64,000 bases of DNA, taken from positions 241,419 to 305,418 of the forward strand of contig OY781872.1 of assembly GCA_963677065.1 (NCBI GenBank). Direction: 5' to 3'. Origin of the DNA: an uncultured Methanoregula sp. (GTDB taxonomy: Archaea; Halobacteriota; Methanomicrobia; Methanomicrobiales; Methanospirillaceae). The notes beneath the pieces are model-generated. The model did no database searches. It was not told the DNA's origin and saw nothing but the letters and a program-made list of their open reading frames with translations. Below are positions 16,742 through 25,912 of the stretch, piece after piece. The translations under genes and the position numbers were made by a program. Positions within the stretch are counted from its first letter, which is position 1; every line of letters begins with the position of its first letter.

Positions 16742-19048
16742 ATGAACCTTGAAGAAAAACTCGTGGTTGGAATAATTGATGACTGCATGCATACGGACAC
16801 CCCGCACGGGCGGGCCATCCAGCGGATTGCAGAAGGTCTTGAAGAATTCGGGATCTATGTAGGCGATGTTGCCTCCCCGTCTGACGCCCGGGCTGCGTAT
16901 TCGAATCTCCCGGCAGTCGACTGTATCCTCATCAACTGGAATCTCGGGGGAGATACCGAGAAGAAGCACAAGGAGACGCTCGGGCTTATCCACCAGATAC
17001 GGGAGCGCAACGGGGATATCCCGATCTTCCTCATGGCAGAACCCACAAGCGAGGCCCCGGCGTCGCTGACCGTGGATATGATCCGGGAGATCAGCGAGTA
17101 CATCTATGTCATGGAGGATACGCCCGAGTTCATTGCCGGGCGCATCATTGCCGCTGCCCGGCGTTACAAGGAGCGTCTCCTTCCGCCGTTTTTCGGGGAA
17201 CTGGTAAAGTTCTCGGAAGATTTTGAATATTCCTGGCATACCCCGGGCCATGCCGGGGGAACCGCGTTCCGGAAATCCGCAGCCGGCCGGCTTTTCCACG
17301 AGTTCTTCGGCGAACAGCTCTTCCGGTCCGATCTCTCCATCTCAGTTGGCGAGCTTGGATCCCTCCTCGACCACTCGGGGCCGGTGGGCGAGGCCGAGCG
17401 GTACGCAGCCAAGGTGTTCGGCGCCGACATGACGTACTTTGTCACGAACGGGACGTCGACTGCAAACAAGATCGTGTACTTTGGCAGGGTGACCAGGGAC
17501 GACATCGTTCTCGTTGACCGGAACTGCCACAAGTCGGCCGAGCATGCCCTGACGATGACCCATTCCATTGCGATCTACATGATACCGACACGGAACCGGT
17601 ACGGGATCATCGGCCCGATTCCCCTGGAGGAGATGGCTGCAGCCGCAATTAAGAAAAAGATTGCAGCCTGTCCGCTCGTAAAGCCCCTGAAAAACAAAAA
17701 GCCGGTCCACGCGGTTGTCACCAACTCGACCTACGACGGGCTCTGTTACCATGCAACTCAGGTGGAGGAACTGCTCGGTAAGAGCGTGGACAGCATCCAC
17801 TTTGATGAAGCCTGGTATGCCTATGCCCGGTTCAACCCGCTGTACCGGGACCGGTTTGCCATGCGGGACGGGGCAAAGGATGAGAAAGGCCCGACCGTCT
17901 TTGCAACCCAGTCCACCCACAAGCTCCTCGCCGCCCTCTCGCAGGCATCCATGATCCATATCCGGAACGGGCGGGTCCCCATCGATCACGGGAGGTTCAA
18001 CGAGGGGTTCATGATGCACAGCTCCACCTCGCCGCTCTACACGATCATCGCGTCTCTCGATGTATCCTCAAAGATGATGGACGGCGCCTCCGGCCGGCAC
18101 CTTACCGGTGAATCGATTGAAGAAGCGATCCGGTTCCGCCGCACCATGGCCCGGGTGGGAAAGGAGCTCTGTGCCGGGAAGAAGAAGACCGACTGGTGGT
18201 TCCCCATGTGGCAGCCGGACACGGTTGTCGATCCCAGGACAAAGAAGAAGATCGCCTTTGCCGATGCTGCAATCGAGACGCTCCGGGACAATCCCTCGTG
18301 CTGGGTGCTCCACCCGGGCGAGACCTGGCACGGGTTTTCAGGGCTTCCGGATGACTACTGCATGCTCGACCCCATCAAGGTCACGGTGCTGATGCCCGGC
18401 GTAAATACCGATGGTTCCCTTGCAGACTGGGGAGTCCCCGCAGCGGTTGTCGTGAAGTTCCTCGACACCCGCGGGATCATCAACGAAAAGTCCGGCGATT
18501 ATTCCATCCTCTTCCTCTTCTCGATGGGGATAACAAAAGGCAAGTGGGGCACGCTCGTTACCGAACTCTTCGAGTTCAAACGGCTGTATGACGAGAGTGC
18601 GCCGCTCGATCTGGTATTCCCCGACCTGGTGAGGAACTTCCCGGATACGTACGCGGGCAAGACATTGCGGGATCTCGTGGACGAGATGCACGCGTTCAAA
18701 AAGGAGAACCATATGTGCGAACGGCTCCAGAAAGCCTTCTCGATCCTGCCCGAACCGGCCATGACCTATGCGGAGACGTACTCCCATCTGGTCCGGGGCG
18801 ATGTCGAGCACCTGCCGCTTGCAAAAGCAAAAGACCGGATCATTGCAACGGGGATCGTTCCTTATCCCCCGGGAATCCCTCTGCTTGCCCCGGGCGAGAA
18901 AGTCGGCGGCAAAAACGAACCGGTGCTCCAGTACCTTTCCGTGCTGGAAGCGTTTGACCGGCGGTTCCCGGGTTTCGAGCACGACACTCACGGGATCGAA
19001 TGTGAGAAAGGCGAGTACAGGATGTACTGCCTCAAGGAGAATCTATGA
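16742..19048 (+). CDS. biodegradative Orn/Lys/Arg decarboxylase, AdiA/LdcI type (wing domain plus PLP fold-type I)
   Basis: ATG at 16742 preceded by GGAGG, giving 768 aa. PLP-lysine motif ATQSTHKLLAALSQASMIHIRNG. Long colinear matches to recalled AdiA/CadA blocks: NCHKS, FDEAWYAYARFNP, WHGF, MLDPIKV, FLFSMGITKGKWGTLV, PYPPGIP, FPGFEH. Confidence 0.9.
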   Translation: MNLEEKLVVGIIDDCMHTDTPHGRAIQRIAEGLEEFGIYVGDVASPSDARAAYSNLPAVDCILINWNLGGDTEKKHKETLGLIHQIRERNGDIPIFLMAEPTSEAPASLTVDMIREISEYIYVMEDTPEFIAGRIIAAARRYKERLLPPFFGELVKFSEDFEYSWHTPGHAGGTAFRKSAAGRLFHEFFGEQLFRSDLSISVGELGSLLDHSGPVGEAERYAAKVFGADMTYFVTNGTSTANKIVYFGRVTRDDIVLVDRNCHKSAEHALTMTHSIAIYMIPTRNRYGIIGPIPLEEMAAAAIKKKIAACPLVKPLKNKKPVHAVVTNSTYDGLCYHATQVEELLGKSVDSIHFDEAWYAYARFNPLYRDRFAMRDGAKDEKGPTVFATQSTHKLLAALSQASMIHIRNGRVPIDHGRFNEGFMMHSSTSPLYTIIASLDVSSKMMDGASGRHLTGESIEEAIRFRRTMARVGKELCAGKKKTDWWFPMWQPDTVVDPRTKKKIAFADAAIETLRDNPSCWVLHPGETWHGFSGLPDDYCMLDPIKVTVLMPGVNTDGSLADWGVPAAVVVKFLDTRGIINEKSGDYSILFLFSMGITKGKWGTLVTELFEFKRLYDESAPLDLVFPDLVRNFPDTYAGKTLRDLVDEMHAFKKENHMCERLQKAFSILPEPAMTYAETYSHLVRGDVEHLPLAKAKDRIIATGIVPYPPGIPLLAPGEKVGGKNEPVLQYLSVLEAFDRRFPGFEHDTHGIECEKGEYRMYCLKENL

Positions 19049-20487
19049 GCGATGCAGCAGCACCGGCGAGTCCGGTTGTCTCAAAAAAAGTCCTCGGGCT
19101 CTTTGCGCTTGCCATGATCAACGTGGCCGCAGTCCTGAGCATACGGAATTTCCCCTCCATGGCCATCTACGGGTGGCAGTGCATAGGGTGGTATATCATC
19201 GGGGCAGTCCTCTTCCTCATCCCGATCTCGCTTGCGGGTGCGGAGCTTGCCACCGGCTGGCCGCAGGGCGGCGGTGTTTATGCCTGGGTGAAGCAGGCAT
19301 TCGGGGAGAAAGGCGGGTTCACCGCCCTCTTCTGCGAATGGTCGAACAACCTTGTCTGGTTCCCGACTGTCCTCTCGTTCATCGCGTCCACCCTTGCGTT
19401 TGCCCTGACACCGGCGCTTGCGAACAGCTCCTGGTACATGTTCACCGTGATGATGATCGCCTTCTGGGGCACGACCATCATCGCATTCTTCGGTGAGGAA
19501 GTCTCCACGAAGTTCGGGAACGTGGGAGTTATCATCGGGAGCATCATCCCGTCAATCCTGATCATCCTGCTCGGGCTGTGGTGGATCGGTTCGGGCCAGA
19601 CGCTCGTCATCCCGCATTTCACCCTCGGGGCAATCGTTCCCGACATCAACGCTTCGACGCTCCCGTTCTTTGCAACGATCATCCTGCTCTTTGCCGGCAT
19701 GGAGATGGCCGGGTTCCACGCTCTTGAGACCAAGAACCCGCAGAAGGATTTCCCGAAAGCAATGGCCCTCTCGGCCGTGATCATCGTTGTCTGCACGGTC
19801 CTTGCCACGCTCGCGATCGCAGTCGTGATCCCGGCTGACCAGCTCAACCTCGCATCGGGAGTCATGCAGGCCATCCAGTACTTCTTCACGGCCGCCGGGA
19901 TCCCCTGGCTGGTTGCACCCATGGCAGTACTGATCACGCTCGGTGGAGTTGTCTCGCTTGCAGCCTGGCTGATTGGCCCGGCCAAGGGACTCGGCATCGT
20001 TGCCGAGGAAGGCAACATGCCGCCCCTGTTCGACAACACCAACAAGTACGGGGCACCGGTTGCGGTCCTCATCATCCAGGCCCTGATCGGATCGGCCATC
20101 TCGCTCCTCTACGTCTTCCTCCCGTCCGTCAACCAGGCCTACTGGATCCTCTCGGCAATGACGGTCGAACTTCTCTGTATCGTGTACATTCTCGTCTTTG
20201 CATCCGTGATCAAACTCCGGTATTCCCAGCCTGACACCCCGCGTCCATTCCGGATCCCGGGGGGTCTGCCGGGAGTGTGGCTTGTCGGCGGACTCGGCCT
20301 CTTCGGCACGGTCTTTGCCTTCTTCGTGGGCCTCATGCCGCCGTCATACTTCACCACGGGATGGATCACGTACGTCGGGGCAGTACTGCTCGGGACATTC
20401 CTCCTTGCCGTGCCGCCCCTGGTATTCCTCAAACTCAAAAAACCCGGCTGGCTGAAAAGTGCCAGGCAGACGGAGGGAAAAGAATGA
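19045..20487 (+). CDS. APC-superfamily amino-acid antiporter, GadC (glutamate:GABA) subfamily-like
   Basis: 480 aa with an ATGA overlap with the decarboxylase. The blocks ELATGWPQGGGVYAWV, NPQKDFPKAMALSAVIIV...VIPADQLNLASGVMQAI and FRIPGG resemble recalled E. coli GadC more than AdiC or CadB. Confidence 0.85.
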   Translation: MSDAAAPASPVVSKKVLGLFALAMINVAAVLSIRNFPSMAIYGWQCIGWYIIGAVLFLIPISLAGAELATGWPQGGGVYAWVKQAFGEKGGFTALFCEWSNNLVWFPTVLSFIASTLAFALTPALANSSWYMFTVMMIAFWGTTIIAFFGEEVSTKFGNVGVIIGSIIPSILIILLGLWWIGSGQTLVIPHFTLGAIVPDINASTLPFFATIILLFAGMEMAGFHALETKNPQKDFPKAMALSAVIIVVCTVLATLAIAVVIPADQLNLASGVMQAIQYFFTAAGIPWLVAPMAVLITLGGVVSLAAWLIGPAKGLGIVAEEGNMPPLFDNTNKYGAPVAVLIIQALIGSAISLLYVFLPSVNQAYWILSAMTVELLCIVYILVFASVIKLRYSQPDTPRPFRIPGGLPGVWLVGGLGLFGTVFAFFVGLMPPSYFTTGWITYVGAVLLGTFLLAVPPLVFLKLKKPGWLKSARQTEGKE

Positions 20488-20524
20488 GCCTGTTGTATAT
20501 CATCAAAAACAGCGGAGGGCGGTT

Positions 20525-20980
20525 ATGAGCAGAATTACCGTGGAGCACGGCCTTGTCCTGTTCATCGTTATCATGTTCCTCATACCCTGCGCCCTCATCA
20601 TCTATGCTTCCGAAGAAGCCGGTTACCACCAGGTGAGCGGGGAGCCGGTTGCAGAAGCGGCGCACATGAACAATATCACGGTTGTCAGTTCAAAGGATTC
20701 GCAGTGGAACCTGCCGGGGGCAACCGGCGGCAAGACGTACGTTCTTTCGGATAACAATGGCAATACCCTGACGCTCGCAACCCAGGCATTCGACAGCGCG
20801 GAATCCCGCGATGCTGCGATCCGGTCGTACAATTCCCACCCGGTAGGACGCGGCAAACCGGTCACCGGCCTGATCGTTGTCGGGCAGCACGTGATCTATG
20901 CTTCTCCTGCAAACAGCCCGATCCTCAAAGAACTTGCCCCGGCGCTGAAAGGAAAAACCGTTGTTCAGCAGGCAAAATAA
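20525..20980 (+). CDS. membrane-anchored hypothetical protein
   Basis: The ATG at 20525 gives 151 aa. N-terminal TM helix LVLFIVIMFLIPCALIIY, then a probable extracellular domain. No family recognised. Confidence 0.5.
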   Translation: MSRITVEHGLVLFIVIMFLIPCALIIYASEEAGYHQVSGEPVAEAAHMNNITVVSSKDSQWNLPGATGGKTYVLSDNNGNTLTLATQAFDSAESRDAAIRSYNSHPVGRGKPVTGLIVVGQHVIYASPANSPILKELAPALKGKTVVQQAK

Positions 20981-20990
20981 TTTTTTTTTT
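20981..20990. terminator. T10 run between convergent genes
   Basis: TTTTTTTTTT lies directly after the stop at 20980. Archaeal termination commonly uses oligo-T. Confidence 0.5.
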
Positions 20991-21134
20991 GATAATCCTT
21001 CAGAAAAATTAATTAAAACACGTACCTTGCAACAGGTGTTGAGCGGAAACAGTGTCACGCCCGGGTCAGGAGAAGCCCGTGAAAAGCACAATTCCGGAAT
21101 TTTTTTATGAGCACGTGAACTCTTCCCGCATTTT

Positions 21135-22223
21135 TTACGTTCTTTTGTCCTGGATATAACCCCGGATCGCGGTCATGGTCGTGCTGTCGAGCATCACGGA
21201 AAGGTCAAGGTCGACAACACATACGGGGAAGGCGCCGAGAAGGGTGTGCTGCCGCACCTGGTAAATACGGGACTCCAGCAGGGTTGTAATATCGGACGGG
21301 TTCCTCATATTATCATCAGACTTTTTTGCGCTCTCCTGGATCAGGCCCCGGAGCATGTTCTCCTTATAATCGAGGAGCCTCCCTGCCATTAAGCGGCTGC
21401 TGAAGCCATGGATGTACCGGATGACAAAATACTGGCTGATGGCAAGGATGACGATGAGGCCCACCAGATGCCCGAGAGCCTCGAGACCGGATTCGTCCAG
21501 GAAGGCTGCAACCGTCATCCCCGGAAGAAGGATGATCGTTGTCAGGATCAGGATCACGCCAAAAGCGAACCCGACCATGAACAGGGCCGAGATGAAGTAT
21601 TGCGGAATATTGAAAAGCGAGAGCCGGGTCTTCACCTCCTCGACATTCTTTACAAACGTTGAGGAGAACGGCTCAACTTTCCAGATCAGGAGATAGAAGA
21701 GGGCAATTGCAGCGCACTGGAAGATAACAACAACGGTACCCCAGAAGGAGACCCGTGCCAGGGTATAATCGATCAGGGCGAAGAGGATATCGATGGTGAA
21801 GATCATGCCGATCCCAAGGGAGAGCGACCGGCTGTTGATGAAAAATGCATTCAGGAAGAGCCGGGTGAACCGCGTGGTCCCTCCCATGATGCCCATCTCC
21901 TGGAGCCAGGTCCGGGATTTCCTGATATCCCCCCGGGGGATCAACGCCGATTCACGGCTCGTCGGGATGAGGAGGGAGATGAAATAGAACATGTTGAGGT
22001 AGAAACTGGCAGCGATGAAAAGTGCAAAGTAATCCCACCGTACGAGAATAAAAATCACATTGACCAGGATACAGCTGAAAAGGATCAGACCGTGCAGTGT
22101 GCCGAACCGGGTCTCTGCGGCAATGAGCCTGCGGCTCTTCTGAACGGACACAAGCTCTTCCTGGATCGCACGATTGAATGCGAGTATCTCAGGTTTGGCG
22201 GTCTCTTCTCCTTGTCCTGGCAC
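21135..22223 (-). CDS. polytopic membrane protein (hypothetical)
   Basis: 362 aa with a GTG start and at least six hydrophobic helices. No family recognised. Confidence 0.55.
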   Translation of the reverse strand: MPGQGEETAKPEILAFNRAIQEELVSVQKSRRLIAAETRFGTLHGLILFSCILVNVIFILVRWDYFALFIAASFYLNMFYFISLLIPTSRESALIPRGDIRKSRTWLQEMGIMGGTTRFTRLFLNAFFINSRSLSLGIGMIFTIDILFALIDYTLARVSFWGTVVVIFQCAAIALFYLLIWKVEPFSSTFVKNVEEVKTRLSLFNIPQYFISALFMVGFAFGVILILTTIILLPGMTVAAFLDESGLEALGHLVGLIVILAISQYFVIRYIHGFSSRLMAGRLLDYKENMLRGLIQESAKKSDDNMRNPSDITTLLESRIYQVRQHTLLGAFPVCVVDLDLSVMLDSTTMTAIRGYIQDKRT

Positions 22224-22347
22224 AGGAATTCCTTTCCGTTTTGTATTCTGGTTTGGTCCTGCTCATCCAATAGGGTTACGGTTGCCCAAAAAAACGGGAT
22301 CGGATAATAGGGGGCATGATCGATGCCCCGGGGGGTCCAGTCCCCAT

Positions 22348-23235
22348 TCACCGGGTTTTTTCCGGATTCCGGTTCTCCAGGCCGGTCAGCTGGACGGTTG
22401 TTAAGGGGAACGGGATCTCAAGACCGGCCTCCTCAAGGGCGGACTTGATCTTCGGGAGGAATTCGGTCTTTAAGGACAGATCGTCCTGGGTGTTGGCCCA
22501 GACCGACGGGACCCAGAACCGGCACTTGATCCGGATTGAGCAGGGATCGATATCGCTGACAAATACCTCAGGCACCGGGTTTCTGAGAACAAACGTATGG
22601 CTCTCCAGTATCCCCCTGATGATGCTGATGGCCCGGGAAGAATCATCCTCGTACCGGATCCCGAACTCGTACGAGTACCGGCGGGCGACATGGGCATGGA
22701 AGTTGGAGAGCGTGGTACTGTAGAGCATGTTGTTGGGGATCCTGACCAAAACTCCGGTCGGCGTCCGGATGATCACCGAGAGGAGATGGACGGCAACAAC
22801 CGTTCCCGAGACATTGTTGACTTCAATAAAATCCCCGGGACCAAAGGTGTGCTCGTAGAGAAGGCCGACCCCGGCTGCAGCGTTCCCGACAACCGCCGAA
22901 CTCGACATAGCGATAACAATGATACATCCAAGAACGATCAAAAAGACGATAGTCATGCTCAGGTTGAAGAGGCCCGGCAGGGCAAGGGCAAGGGCTATGA
23001 AAACAATGAGGACCCGGACGATCGTTGACGCGAGTTCCACCTGCTCTTTTTTCAGTTTGTGGCTGAGCCGCAGCTTCATGAAATGGGCAACGACTAGGCC
23101 GATTACATACGCGGCAGCGAGGAGGAGGAGGACAAAGACGAGATCGCCCCAGGTGAAGTCCGAAGTTATCGCTTCGGCATTCTGTGAAACCTCGCTTATC
23201 GTTGAATTGAAATTCAAGAGGTCGCCAAGTATCAT
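22348..23235 (-). CDS. mscS: small-conductance mechanosensitive channel (MscS family)
   Basis: 295 aa with three TM helices and the conserved beta-domain block FGPGDFIEVNNVSGTVVAVHLLSVIIRTPTGVLVRIPNNML. Confidence 0.85.
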   Translation of the reverse strand: MILGDLLNFNSTISEVSQNAEAITSDFTWGDLVFVLLLLAAAYVIGLVVAHFMKLRLSHKLKKEQVELASTIVRVLIVFIALALALPGLFNLSMTIVFLIVLGCIIVIAMSSSAVVGNAAAGVGLLYEHTFGPGDFIEVNNVSGTVVAVHLLSVIIRTPTGVLVRIPNNMLYSTTLSNFHAHVARRYSYEFGIRYEDDSSRAISIIRGILESHTFVLRNPVPEVFVSDIDPCSIRIKCRFWVPSVWANTQDDLSLKTEFLPKIKSALEEAGLEIPFPLTTVQLTGLENRNPEKTR

Positions 23236-24086
23236 GTCACACCTGATTCCATGTAGAATCCCTGTTCGGGAATGATCGGCAGTTTGCGGCTGGAGTACAG
23301 GTCGATGCCCCGGTTCGGGCAGTCGGAAGGCGGCAGCGCTTCAAACGATGTGACCGCAATGGCCGAGGAGATTATCTCCATTGTCGCACTCATGCCCACG
23401 TGCGATCCATAGAACAGCTTCATGCCATGGCATTCGAAGACTGCCCTTGATACCTCGACTGCCCCGGCATAGCGGTTCCGTATCGCAAGGGTCATCACCC
23501 CCTCGCGATGCAGGTCGGTCGGTGGCGGCTCCTGGAAGATGTCGCTCTCGTAGTAGCGCGTGATGAGCCCGGTCACCGGCTTCCCGTACAGGGAATACTT
23601 GGCAGTATTGAGGGAGAAGATATCGATGACCGAAGTATCGGTACCGGTCTGCAGGAAGACCCCGATCTCCACCGGGAACTTGAGGCTCACGGTCCTGGCT
23701 TCCCCGGGCTGCATTACGATACGGGGAAAGACGATCTCGAGATGATGCGCGATCTCCTCGGGCAGATTGACCGGCTCGACTGGGCTTATGATGATGACCG
23801 CGTCGGGCTTTATTGCAAGGATCGTCTCGATCCGGCTCTCCCCGCACCGGCGCTCGTACCGCGGCACCGGACCTGACCGGTTGATCGTAATGGCCAGGTC
23901 CTTTTCCGCATAGGAGAGATCCCCGGCATGATATCCGAACACAAAAAGGGGTGGGTCTCGCGGGCAATAAAGGTGACGAAACCTGCGGTCAGCGGGCCGG
24001 CCGGAATTCCGGAGTTCGAACGGTATGCAGGAGATTTTCTCTTTTGCTCCGGATAGGATGAATTTTGTAGTTGTATCGCAAATCAA
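23232..24086 (-). CDS. hypothetical protein co-transcribed with mscS (possibly DUF432-like)
   Basis: 284 aa with a TTG start and a 4-nt overlap with the mscS start. The family name is a weak recollection only. Confidence 0.45.
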   Translation of the reverse strand: MICDTTTKFILSGAKEKISCIPFELRNSGRPADRRFRHLYCPRDPPLFVFGYHAGDLSYAEKDLAITINRSGPVPRYERRCGESRIETILAIKPDAVIIISPVEPVNLPEEIAHHLEIVFPRIVMQPGEARTVSLKFPVEIGVFLQTGTDTSVIDIFSLNTAKYSLYGKPVTGLITRYYESDIFQEPPPTDLHREGVMTLAIRNRYAGAVEVSRAVFECHGMKLFYGSHVGMSATMEIISSAIAVTSFEALPPSDCPNRGIDLYSSRKLPIIPEQGFYMESGVT

Positions 24087-24127
24087 GTAGACAGAAGCGA
24101 ATATATCGCTGCCGTGTTGGTGAACTT

Positions 24128-24697
24128 ATGTTGGACACAAAGACGTCGTGCCTTCTCAGGGGCATCGTGGGGGTAATTTTTGGGTTTCTGGCACTTATTG
24201 TTCCTGAATTCATCCTTGGAGCGTTTTCCGGCCTTTTTTTAATACTGGTCGGACTCGGTATAGCACTCTTCCTCTTCCTTGCCATAACCTCAAGAAACGA
24301 TGAAGCGCTCCTCTGGTTCGGGCTTGCTGCAGCGCTTCTTATCATAGGGGTTCTCTCGTTTATCTTCTCAGGATTTGTTTCAATCCTCTTCATCCTGATA
24401 ATCGCGGCGATTGCCATCTATAACGGGTTCACCGATATCACGCTCGCACTCACGCACCCGAGGACAAAATTCATCCTGATCCCGGCAATGATCGCTACCG
24501 GCATTGTCTTTCTCGGCATCCTCTTCTACTACTTCCCGGATTTTGAGAAACACCTGTACCTCTCGATCGTTGCAACGTTTGCCCTGGCCTTTGGTCTCTT
24601 CTCGATCATCCTTGGCTATTACAAATCCGAGAGTCCCGCCGAGCCAACAATCCAGAGTGCAGCCTGCTCGTTTAGCAGCGAGAACATAAAAAAATAA
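24128..24697 (+). CDS. HdeD/DUF308 family membrane protein, second paralog
   Basis: The ATG at 24128 avoids overlap with the divergent gene. LLRGIVGVIFGFLALIVPEF... across six TM helices. Confidence 0.7.
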   Translation: MLDTKTSCLLRGIVGVIFGFLALIVPEFILGAFSGLFLILVGLGIALFLFLAITSRNDEALLWFGLAAALLIIGVLSFIFSGFVSILFILIIAAIAIYNGFTDITLALTHPRTKFILIPAMIATGIVFLGILFYYFPDFEKHLYLSIVATFALAFGLFSIILGYYKSESPAEPTIQSAACSFSSENIKK

Positions 24698-24749
24698 ATC
24701 CTCTTCCTTTCTGGCCCGAATTTTTTAATTTATCCGGTAGAGCAAAACT

Positions 24750-25895
24750 ATGACGTTCGATGTAGTGGTTGTCGGTGCAGGACCTGCGGGAAGTGCAGCG
24801 GCAGGGGAGTGCGCCCGGCTCGGGCTCTCGGTCCTCTGCATTGAAGAGCACGGTACGATCGGCCAGCCGGTCCAGTGCGCCGGCCTTCTTTCGAATGCCG
24901 CGTTTGCCGAGTGCCGGGTCTCGGAGAGGCCGGTCCTCAACCGGGTGACCGGGGCACGGATCGAATCGCCCGGGGGCAGAAGCATTCTTATCGATGCCAG
25001 GAAGACCATGGCCTGCGTGGTGGACCGGTGCGCCCTTGATTACGAGATGGCACAGCAGGCCGCTGACCAGGGTGCAGAGTTCCGGCTCAGGACCGGCGTT
25101 TACGGGATCCAGGGCGACACCCTCCTGACCCGGGGAGCAAACGGCCATGAGGAGATCCCGTTCCGGATCCTGATCGCAGCGGACGGCGCACGGAGCAGCA
25201 TCGCGCGATTCCTCAGGATGGAACGGGCTCGGCTCTTCCTTGCCGGGATCCAGGCCGATATTCCCTGCGCATCGGATCCCCGGTACGTGGGACTCTACCC
25301 GGATGCAGCTCCGGACTTCTTTGGCTGGGCTATTCCGGTAACACCGGCGGTGACCCGCATCGGCCTCTGCACCGGCTCCCATGTGCCGGAGAGGTTTTTG
25401 CAGTTCCAAAGAAAATTCGGGGAGAACTGCCTGCACCTTGTCACCGGCACGCTCCCCATGGGCGTAATGCCCAGAACCTACGGTCACCGCACGCTCTTTG
25501 TCGGCGATGCAGCCGGGTTCCCGAAACCAACGTCGGGAGGAGGGATTTACACGGGCGTCAGGTCCGCCCGCCATGCTGCGGCAGTTGCAGCCGAGGCCTG
25601 CACAAAGGGCGCGTTCGATGACGGGGTCCTTGCCGGGTACGAGCGGCGCTGGCAGGCCGATTTCGGGAACGAACTCGAACTGGGCTTCCGGCTCCTGGGC
25701 ATGCGCCAGCGCATGACCCGCGAGGATCTCGAGGCGATCCTTGCTGCGCTCGATGATCCAGAAATCATCCGGACCATCGAAGAGTACGGGGACATGGACC
25801 GGCCGGGAACCGTTGTGAAAAAGCTGCTCTTCAGGCCGGGAATGCTCCGGCTCCTCGGCCCCCTGCTTGCTACAGGACTCCGGTCGTTCCTGTAA
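24750..25895 (+). CDS. geranylgeranyl reductase family FAD-dependent oxidoreductase
   Basis: 381 aa with the dinucleotide fold FDVVVVGAGPAGSAAAGE and a GDAAGF motif. Confidence 0.85.
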   Translation: MTFDVVVVGAGPAGSAAAGECARLGLSVLCIEEHGTIGQPVQCAGLLSNAAFAECRVSERPVLNRVTGARIESPGGRSILIDARKTMACVVDRCALDYEMAQQAADQGAEFRLRTGVYGIQGDTLLTRGANGHEEIPFRILIAADGARSSIARFLRMERARLFLAGIQADIPCASDPRYVGLYPDAAPDFFGWAIPVTPAVTRIGLCTGSHVPERFLQFQRKFGENCLHLVTGTLPMGVMPRTYGHRTLFVGDAAGFPKPTSGGGIYTGVRSARHAAAVAAEACTKGAFDDGVLAGYERRWQADFGNELELGFRLLGMRQRMTREDLEAILAALDDPEIIRTIEEYGDMDRPGTVVKKLLFRPGMLRLLGPLLATGLRSFL

Positions 25896-25912
25896 TAATG
25901 CCGGATCCCGGT

